The notes beneath the pieces are model-generated. The model had not been told where the DNA came from, ran no database searches, and saw only the letters and a list, made by a program, of their open reading frames with translations. A program made the translations under genes and the position numbers. A stretch of 64,000 bases of DNA from an uncultured delta proteobacterium (lineage in GTDB: Bacteria; Desulfobacterota; Desulfobaccia; Desulfobaccales; 0-14-0-80-60-11), in NCBI GenBank assembly GCA_963812015.1, contig CAWETI010000003.1, positions 512,001 to 576,000 of the forward strand, in the 5' to 3' direction. Numbering within the stretch: the stretch's first letter is position 1; every line of letters starts with the position of its first letter. Shown here in pieces: positions 1 to 6,835 of the stretch.

Positions 1-347
1 GCGCCGATAACCCCGAAAGGCTGATAGGGATTTGTTTTAGTCAAAAATCAGGGATTTCCCGGCCAGTAATCAGTAGTTGCCCCGATTTATGCTTGGACAA
101 AAGTTTATTAAGTTTAATACAGGTTAGAATGTACCCGAGTTAAATAAAATTTGGTTAAAAAATGACAGATCTTAAAAGAAAAAATCCACTACCGCATGAG
201 CAAATAGCAAATAGAGGCTTAATTAGCTGATAATAGCGCTATTGCACTCGGGCAGCGGGGTGGTGGTCTCACATATAATAAATTAAAAAATGCAACAAAG
301 TTTGAAATCTGCGGCGCAATTGAGCGTTGTAAATTTTATCGATAACC

Positions 348-641
348 ATGTATGAAATCTCTAGGAAATTATTGCATACGTTTTCTTTGGTCATTGATGT
401 ATATATTTGGATAATTTTGTTTAGAATATTGGCTTTCATATTTATTTATTCTCCTTATAATCCAATCACTCGACTTTGGTTTAATGTAACAGATCCGGCC
501 ATGCAATTATTAAATGGAATAATTCCACCATTGCAAGTTAATGGAATTTATCTTCATAATATATCGGTTATGCTGGTGCTTTTGCTAATATTGTGCAGAA
601 AAACAATGTGTAGAATATTTGGTTTTCTTAGGGAAGATTGA
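348..641 (+). CDS. YggT/CCB3 family membrane protein
   Basis: 97 aa hydrophobic ORF with YggT pattern IDVYIWIILFRIL...PYNPITRLWFNVTDP...IIPP; AT-rich segment. Confidence 0.75.
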   Translation: MYEISRKLLHTFSLVIDVYIWIILFRILAFIFIYSPYNPITRLWFNVTDPAMQLLNGIIPPLQVNGIYLHNISVMLVLLLILCRKTMCRIFGFLRED

Positions 642-834
642 CCAGTTTAATAACTGGAACCCCAAAGGATGGCCGGGATAGCAGAAATGGGTGATTTCAA
701 AAATACCCCCCCAAAAAATAGGGATTTCCTCAACGAAAATTATGGTTTTCACCTATGGAGGAGAAAATTAATTAGCTTAAAATATAATCGCTAAAGATAG
801 ACTCTCATCAATATTGCTGATATCAGGAGGTTCT

Positions 835-951
835 ATGAAGCTCATTAAAATTGCCAATTATCTCTGGAGTAAACAATGGTTACGAACTCCCTCGATAGCT
901 GCGGTGATTATCCTGATTCTCTGTGTTATTTCATATAAGTTGCCGATGTAA
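835..951 (+). CDS. Putative small membrane protein (38 aa, not in ORF track)
   Basis: AGGAGG 4 nt before ATG; MKLIKIANYLWSKQWLRTPSIAAVIILILCVISYKLPM with one hydrophobic stretch. Confidence 0.45.
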   Translation: MKLIKIANYLWSKQWLRTPSIAAVIILILCVISYKLPM

Positions 952-960
952 ACCGTATTA

Positions 961-1028
961 ATTCGAGGAGCGTGGGGGAATCTCACCCCCCACGCCCTCA
1001 CGTACCCGGACGTGAGCCTCCCGGCTCA
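961..1028 (-). mobile_element. Group II intron 3' remnant (partial domain V plus domain VI)
   Basis: Minus strand reads TGAGCCGGGAGGCTCACGTCCGGGTACGTGAGGGCGTGGGGGGTGAGATTCCCCCACGCTCCTCGAAT, matching the usual DV-DVI layout; 5' strand of DV and RT ORF absent. Confidence 0.65.
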
Positions 1029-1070
1029 ATGACCCGCGACAACACCCGAAGAAGCTTCGCCTGTTGCCAA

Positions 1071-1268
1071 CTCGTGGTGTGTTTCAAAATTAAAGTAACA
1101 AGATAAAAACCGGTCTTTTACCCCCCTTTCCTAAAGGGGGGCCAGAGGGGATTTTTATAAGCGTCTGAAATCCCCCTAAATCCCCCTTTTTCAAAGGGGA
1201 CTTAACCTGCCAAGTGCGGTGCTCCGACCCTGCTCTTATGTCCAGTTAATGGTGAAACGCTCCACTAG
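1071..1268. mobile_element. MITE-like element with imperfect 23-bp TIRs enclosing a CCCCCTTT..AAAGGGG palindrome doublet
   Basis: Left CTCGTGGTGTGTTTCAAAATTAA vs reverse complement of right end CTAGTGGAGCGTTTCACCATTAA (18/23); internal palindromes at 1121-1201. Confidence 0.5.
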
Positions 1269-1410
1269 CTTACCAAACCGGCAGTAACTTCTCAAAAATT
1301 CTCAATGGTTGCGGATATGATGGGCATAACGCCATGGCCGGTTTGGGGGGGGCCGAAAGCCAGGGTTGTGGCAGGCCGGCGTAACGGGGGAGAACGGTGA
1401 ACTTAGCCAT

Positions 1411-1503
1411 AAAAAACCCCTCCCAAACGGGGCTTGGGAAGGGAGTTTAAGGGGAGGGCGGGGGACCCTTACGAAACACGAAACGTCCTCCTGCCCTCCC
1501 GTC
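1411..1503. repeat. G/C-rich post-stop hairpin repeat family copy
   Basis: GGGGAGGGCGGGGGAC...GTCCTCCTGCCCTCCC arm similar to copies at 48209 and 62901; just downstream of radical SAM gene. Confidence 0.5.
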
Positions 1504-1515
1504 AGTTTGCGCCGA

Positions 1516-3378
1516 TTAGACCGGGGTGCCCACCTCGGCCAGGGTCTGAAAGTAGACGCGGCGGATGCGCCCCATGCGATTGCTAAAGACCAGGCCCAGC
1601 TCCATGCAGGCGTTGTAGAAGGATTCCCGGCTGAATTGCATGGGGAGCAGCCTGGCTACGGTTTCCTTGGTGAACTCCTGGTGAAGGTCTTTGACCTTCT
1701 GGGCCGCTTCCCCCAGTCCTTCCCACAGGGGCACCAGGACGAGGTCCGCTTTTTCCTGCAAGCGGGCAATTTCGGCCCGCACCTGTTCCATGGCGCTCAG
1801 GGGGCTGGTGGCGACTTTCTCCTGGTTGGTTTCCTGCACCACTTCCACTCCCAGGCGTTCCAGGAACTTGATGAGAAAATCCTTGGGTCCCTTCTCCCAG
1901 GTGCACAGGTTCCAGATATCACCGGGGATGCCCACCCGGGGGGTGCCGCCTTTCTGCGGCAGCAACTGGCGCAGTTGCTGCACCCGGGCAAAGAGCCGTT
2001 CTTGCAACTGCTGGAAGTAGCTGTTCCTTCTCAGGGTGGACTTCCACAGGATGATGCGGCCGTAGGCCTTCATTTTGGCGAAAAACAGGTCCCGGGCGAT
2101 GAGGCGCTTAATCACCGAGGTCCAGCTGTAAAACTTCTTCATGGCCCGGTTGGTTTCCATCTGGAGTTCAAAGGGGGTGAACTGTCGGGGTTGGAAGACG
2201 GTGTGGTGGCCGTCGTACTGGCTCCAGTCCCGGCAGATAATCCGGTTCTGGGCCTCCATCTCCTTGTAGAAAGGGGTGCCGGGTAACGGGGTGAGCATCA
2301 GGTATTGCAGGGAATCCAGGTCCAACTGGCGGGAAACCTTCACGGTGTCCCGGATCACCTGGTAATGGTCCTCTTCGGAGCCGAAGACGAACATGCCGTG
2401 GACGTTGATGCCGAACTTGTGGAAATTGTTCACGCAGTCCTTGACGCCTTCCACGGTCTGGGACTTGTTGTAGGCCTTCAAGGTGGCGGGGTTGATGGAT
2501 TCCAGCCCCACGAAGACGATGTAGCAGCCGCTCTTAGCCATGAGTTCCAGGAGCTCAGGGTCCTTGGCGGATTCCACCCGCACCTGGGCGCTCCATTCGA
2601 TCTTCAGACCTTCGGCGATGATGCGCTCGCACAATTCTTTGGTGCGTTTGCGGTCGGCGGTGAAGTTGTCGTCGCAGAAAAAGATATGGCGGGCCTGGGC
2701 GCCATTCTGGCGAATCTCGTCAATCACCCGGTCGATGGAAGTGACGCGGTGCTTGCGCCCGAACATCATGATAACCGAACAGAAGCTGCAGTTGAAGGGG
2801 CAGCCCCGGGAGGTGGCGATGGAGACGACGCCTTTCCTATTCCGGGCCTTCCAGCCGTGAATCAGATTGTAATTGGGGATGGGGAGGGAATCCAACTCCC
2901 CCAGGAACGGACGCCAGGGGTTTTGTTGGATGGTGTCTCCGTCCCGGTAGCAGAGATTGTTGACTTCCGCCAGGCTGCCGCCGGTTTCCAGGGCCTTGAC
3001 CAGCTCCGGCAGGGCCTCGTCGCCTTCGCCGCAGACCACATAATCGGCGTGCTCCAACCCTTCCAGGGGCAGGAAACTGGGGTGGGCGCCGCCCAGGACC
3101 ACCGGCAGGCCCTGTTGGCGATAGAAGTCCGACAACTCATAGGTCCGGGGGGCGGTGGAGGAGATGCTGGAGATGCACACCAGGTCGGGGTGAAAGTCCA
3201 GGGTGCGGTAATCGGGGGCGGATATCTCCTCGATCACCACCTTGACCTCGATTCCCCGCTGCTGCAAGATGGTTCCCAACAACAATGACCCTAACCGGGG
3301 AATGGCCACCCGGCTGAAAATATGCTCCTGGGGAGAGCGGGGTTCGATGAATAATACCTTATGAATGGGCCTGGCCAT
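1516..3378 (-). CDS. B12-binding domain radical SAM protein with C-terminal extension
   Basis: N-terminal cobalamin-binding fold (VVLGGAHPSF, VVCGEGDE), CxxxCxxC in SRGCPFNCSFC, FFCDDNF, GLES; GGAG RBS. Confidence 0.9.
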   Translation of the reverse strand: MARPIHKVLFIEPRSPQEHIFSRVAIPRLGSLLLGTILQQRGIEVKVVIEEISAPDYRTLDFHPDLVCISSISSTAPRTYELSDFYRQQGLPVVLGGAHPSFLPLEGLEHADYVVCGEGDEALPELVKALETGGSLAEVNNLCYRDGDTIQQNPWRPFLGELDSLPIPNYNLIHGWKARNRKGVVSIATSRGCPFNCSFCSVIMMFGRKHRVTSIDRVIDEIRQNGAQARHIFFCDDNFTADRKRTKELCERIIAEGLKIEWSAQVRVESAKDPELLELMAKSGCYIVFVGLESINPATLKAYNKSQTVEGVKDCVNNFHKFGINVHGMFVFGSEEDHYQVIRDTVKVSRQLDLDSLQYLMLTPLPGTPFYKEMEAQNRIICRDWSQYDGHHTVFQPRQFTPFELQMETNRAMKKFYSWTSVIKRLIARDLFFAKMKAYGRIILWKSTLRRNSYFQQLQERLFARVQQLRQLLPQKGGTPRVGIPGDIWNLCTWEKGPKDFLIKFLERLGVEVVQETNQEKVATSPLSAMEQVRAEIARLQEKADLVLVPLWEGLGEAAQKVKDLHQEFTKETVARLLPMQFSRESFYNACMELGLVFSNRMGRIRRVYFQTLAEVGTPV

Positions 3379-3577
3379 GTGGTACTCCTCCTAAAACTTC
3401 ACTCCTGACCCCAGGGGCGAGGTTCAACAACAAGCCTCTCCATCGGCAGGTTCTGCATACCGGGTGAATGCCTGAACTATAAGGGATTTAAAGACTTTTC
3501 CTTGGGTAATACTTTAAAGGCCCGCACCCCAATTGTCAAATTAATTCTTGGTGAGCGCGGCATGAGGAAAACATGAA

Positions 3578-3611
3578 GCAGCAGATCCCCCCCAAAGAGG
3601 GGATCTGCTGC
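3578..3611 (-). terminator. Hairpin downstream of dsrC (putative intrinsic terminator)
   Basis: Inverted repeat GCAGCAGATCCCC...GGGGATCTGCTGC; U-tract weak. Confidence 0.55.
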
Positions 3612-3646
3612 ATTTGTCGCCTGAACTAATGAAACAAGAGGGTGCT

Positions 3647-3964
3647 TTAGACGCAACCGGTGGGTTTCGCCAATCCGGCCATCTTACAGGCGCCTTTGCC
3701 CGGTCCTGAAGGGAACAGCTCGTAAATATGTTTCAGTTTAAAGCCGGTTACCTTGGAAAGGATCCGGACCATGGGAGCAATGCCGTTCTTCTTGTAGTAA
3801 TCCTGGAGCATGTTGATGACTTTCCAATGCTCGTCATTGAGCTCGGAGATGCCTTCGGATTCCTTGACGTAGTCCACCCACTCCTCATTCCACTGATCCA
3901 GATTCTCCAGAAAGCCGTCTTCATCTACGGTAAAGGTTTTACCTTTGAATTCTACGGTGGCCAT
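3647..3964 (-). CDS. dsrC: Dissimilatory sulfite reductase partner protein DsrC
   Basis: VDEDGFL, YELFPSGPGKGACKMAGLAKPTGCV with both C-terminal cysteines (Cx10C); GGAGG RBS. Confidence 0.95.
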   Translation of the reverse strand: MATVEFKGKTFTVDEDGFLENLDQWNEEWVDYVKESEGISELNDEHWKVINMLQDYYKKNGIAPMVRILSKVTGFKLKHIYELFPSGPGKGACKMAGLAKPTGCV

Positions 3965-4013
3965 GCAGACATATCCTCCTTCAATATTTTGATCGCAGGG
4001 TTTTTAATTTTCA

Positions 4014-4042
4014 AAGGTATGTCATTGTGAATTTTTTGTCAA
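4014..4042 (-). promoter_or_regulatory. Putative sigma70 promoter of dsrC with overlapping Rex/HcpR-like box
   Basis: Minus strand TTGACA-17nt-TACCTT; plus strand TTGTGAA-TTTT-TTGTCAA at 4025-4042. Confidence 0.55.
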
Positions 4043-4170
4043 GCATTAAAAAGTTCTTAAATTCAAGGATTCAGTTGCGGGAACCCACCGAGGTCACAGC
4101 CCGAAACTCTCGGGAGCACTGGAAGCCCACGCCTGTCGCTTTGGGGGCGGCGCCAGCCCCTTGAGGTTCA

Positions 4171-5562
4171 TCAACGCCCCTCAACCTGGGCGGGAAAAAT
4201 TTTCCCCGGGTTCATGAGGTTATGGGGGTCAAAGGCCTGTTTAACCCGCCGCTGCAAGGCCATGGCCGCCTCGGACAATTCCATTCCCAGGTAGGGGGCC
4301 TTGGTGAGACCGATGCCGTGCTCCCCGGACAGGGTGCCGTTCAGCTCCCGGACCACGCGGAAAATATCCTCCACCGCCAGATGTACCGCCTGCCGTTCCC
4401 GGTCCACCTGATGATCGTACAGCACGTTGACGTGGATATTACCGTCCCCGGCATGGCCGTAGCTGGGGATGATGAGGCCCCGGCGGCGGGAAATTTCTTG
4501 TAAGGCAATGATCAAGGCGGGAATGGCCCCCAGGGGGACGGCCACGTCTTCGCTCACCTTGTGAGGTTTCACTTTTAATAAGGCCGGGGAGATCACCTTC
4601 CGGGCCCGCCAGAGGCGCTCCGCCTCCTCCGGGGTTTTGGCCCGGAGGACCGGGCGGGCCCCCTGCTCCCGGCAGAACCGGGCCATGCGGGTGGCCCGGT
4701 CCTCCACATCTTGGGGGTGGCCGTCCACCGCGATGAGCAGCAGGGCGGTGGTGGCCTCCGGCAGCTCAAACGGGAGCATCTCCCGGACGCAGGAAAGCGT
4801 CACGTGGTCCATGAACTCCAGGGCGGTGGGGGCGAGACCCGACCTGAGGATCAGGCTCACGGCCTCGGCCGCGGCGCTCAGGGTCCCGAAGCCGGCGGCC
4901 AGGGTCTGGCGGGCCGGGGGTTTGGACACCAGCCTCAGAATGATGCGGGTGATCACGCCCAGGGTGCCTTCCGAGCCCAGAAACAGGCGGGTGAGATCAT
5001 AACCCACCACGCCTTTCATGGTGCGGGTTCCGGTGGTGATGAGCTCGCCGGTGGGCAGCACCACCTCGAGGCCCAGGACATAATCCCGGGTGACGCCGTA
5101 CTGCACCGCCACCGCGCCCCCGGCGCACTCGGCGACGTTGCCGCCGATGGTGCAGAAATCGGCGCTGGCGGGGTCCGGCGGGTAGTAGAGGCCCTGGGCC
5201 TCCACCGCCTGCTTCAGCCGGCTGAGGATGACCCCGGGCTCCACCACCGCCACCAGGTCGTTTTTGCTGATCTCCAGGATGCGGTTCAGGCGGGTCAGGA
5301 CCAGGACCACCCCGCCCTGGATGGGCACCGAGCCGCCGCTGCGGCCGGTGCCCGCGCCCCGGGGCACCACCGGGAAGCGGCGCGCATTGGCCAGGCGCAC
5401 GATGGCGGCGATCTCGGCCGCGGAGCCGGGAAAGACCACCGCATCCGGCATGTGGGCCTGATCCGTGGCGTCATAGGCGTAGGTCCAGCACTCCTCGGGG
5501 CTGGTGAGGAGGTGGGGGGGGCCCACTATCGCGTTGAGTTCTTTAATAAGAGAATCTTGCAT
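4171..5562 (-). CDS. FAD-linked oxidase, GlcD/D-lactate dehydrogenase family
   Basis: PRGAGTG, YYPPDPAS, TIGGNVA, GYDLTRLFLGSEGTLG, GHAGDGNIH, SGEHGIG, NPGK; start set at MQDSL because the longer ORF start lies inside a REP. Confidence 0.9.
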   Translation of the reverse strand: MQDSLIKELNAIVGPPHLLTSPEECWTYAYDATDQAHMPDAVVFPGSAAEIAAIVRLANARRFPVVPRGAGTGRSGGSVPIQGGVVLVLTRLNRILEISKNDLVAVVEPGVILSRLKQAVEAQGLYYPPDPASADFCTIGGNVAECAGGAVAVQYGVTRDYVLGLEVVLPTGELITTGTRTMKGVVGYDLTRLFLGSEGTLGVITRIILRLVSKPPARQTLAAGFGTLSAAAEAVSLILRSGLAPTALEFMDHVTLSCVREMLPFELPEATTALLLIAVDGHPQDVEDRATRMARFCREQGARPVLRAKTPEEAERLWRARKVISPALLKVKPHKVSEDVAVPLGAIPALIIALQEISRRRGLIIPSYGHAGDGNIHVNVLYDHQVDRERQAVHLAVEDIFRVVRELNGTLSGEHGIGLTKAPYLGMELSEAAMALQRRVKQAFDPHNLMNPGKIFPAQVEGR

Positions 5563-5578
5563 TCTTGGATTTTCAGCC

Positions 5579-5758
5579 GTAGGGCGGGAAAGTGAAACGC
5601 ATCCCGCCTTCGGCAATTGGGTGACCTAACTTATGCCGCAATATATTCCCGCTTTTGCTCCTATCGGCACGTTCTCTTTCACGGTCACGCTGCTGGAACG
5701 CCTCGGAAAACTAAATTATGCTAACTAAAGGCGGGATGCGCTAGCTTTCCCGCCCTAC
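5579..5758. mobile_element. Degenerate REPtron: inverted GTAG-REP pair enclosing a RAYT (TnpA-REP) N-terminal stump
   Basis: GTAGGGCGGGAAAGTGAAACGCATCCCGCC (5579-5608) and inverse copy (5730-5758); + strand mini-ORF 5633-5728 MPQYIPAFAPIGTFSFTVTLLERLGKLNYAN. Confidence 0.65.
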
Positions 5759-5806
5759 GTGCTACGGGCTCTATAAGTCTCCCAGCTTGGGGAAAAATTG
5801 AAACAT

Positions 5807-6496
5807 TTACAACATATTCTGCTCTGCCAGGCTGAAGTAGCCGTGGCGGCCGATGATCAGGTGGTCGTGGACGGTAAGGTTCAGGGTGTGGCTGGCCTTT
5901 ACCAGGGCCGGGGTCAGTTCCTGGTCGGCGGCGGACGGGGTGAGGTTGCCGCTGGGGTGGTTGTGCAACAGGATGAGGCCGGTGGCCTTGTGTTTCAGGG
6001 CCAGTTCCAGGACCTTGCGGGGGTAGACCACCGTCTGGTTGACGGTGCCTTCCTGGACGATTTCTTCGGCGATGATTTCATTCTGGCTGTTGAGGAAGAT
6101 GACCCGGAACTGCTCGTCCCGCAGGCCCCCCATGGAGGCGCGGCAGTAATCCACCAGGTTTTCCAGAGACTTGATGGGCTGGCGTTTAAGGGCTTCGGAC
6201 TTGAGGGCGTGTTCGGAGCAGGCCTTCACCAGGCGGATGAGGATGGCGGAGTATTCCTTGAGCCCGATGACTTCCATGAGGGCCTCGGGGGTGGCGTCCA
6301 GGACCTGGGTGAAGGAGCCGAAATGCTCGATCACCCGTTTGGCCAGGGGTTTGACGTCGGAGTAGGGGATGGCGAAGGTCAGGAGGAGCTCCAGGAGCTC
6401 ATAGTCCTGCAAGGCCCCGGGGCCGCCGTTGAGGAAGCGGGCCCTCAGGCGGGCCCGATGCCCGTGATAATGGGGTTTTTCAGGTTTTTCCGCCAT
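5807..6496 (-). CDS. radC: RadC family JAB/MPN domain protein
   Basis: HGHRARLRARF, ELLELLL, GTVNQTVVYPR, HNHPSG, VHDHLIIG. Confidence 0.93.
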   Translation of the reverse strand: MAEKPEKPHYHGHRARLRARFLNGGPGALQDYELLELLLTFAIPYSDVKPLAKRVIEHFGSFTQVLDATPEALMEVIGLKEYSAILIRLVKACSEHALKSEALKRQPIKSLENLVDYCRASMGGLRDEQFRVIFLNSQNEIIAEEIVQEGTVNQTVVYPRKVLELALKHKATGLILLHNHPSGNLTPSAADQELTPALVKASHTLNLTVHDHLIIGRHGYFSLAEQNML

Positions 6497-6549
6497 CTTT
6501 ATTTCCTTTTACTCCGGCAGTCCGTTAATTGCAACTGCGAAAAGGATAA

Positions 6550-6667
6550 GGGCGGACACATGGGTCCGCCCTTACAACTGATTTGGTATGATACCTGGTT
6601 CGTTCTCAAATGCATCAAATCTAAAATGAAAGACAACCGGTAGGGGCGGTTCGCGAACCGCCCCTAC
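6550..6667. repeat. Two GTAG-type REP palindromes
   Basis: GGGCGGACACATGGGTCCGCCCTTAC (6550-6575) and GTAGGGGCGGTTCGCGAACCGCCCCTAC (6640-6667). Confidence 0.7.
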
Positions 6668-6750
6668 AAGACTATTGGTTACGAATGAAAGGGAATATGG
6701 TAGGAATAGCCGATAAAAAGCCGGGACCAGCGGTCCCGGCTTTTGTCTCC

Positions 6751-6818
6751 CTTATGGGATTGGGGGTGGGGGATTGGGGGAGGGGGAAAGGGCCCGCGCC
6801 CTTTGCCCCCTCCCCCAA
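6751..6818. repeat. G/C-rich post-stop hairpin repeat family copy
   Basis: Reverse complement TTGGGGGAGGGGGCAAAGGGCG...CCCCCAATCCCATAAG matches the copy at 47266; just downstream of cooS. Confidence 0.65.
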
Positions 6819-6835
6819 TAACCATCCTTTCCCGT

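Noticed and set aside
1..30. CGCC-GATAACC-CCGAAAGG-GCTGAT resembling the 3' half of a fluoride riboswitch
   Set aside because: Cut by the window edge, lacks the expected downstream CCTAC-like pseudoknot strand, and no fluoride-related gene follows
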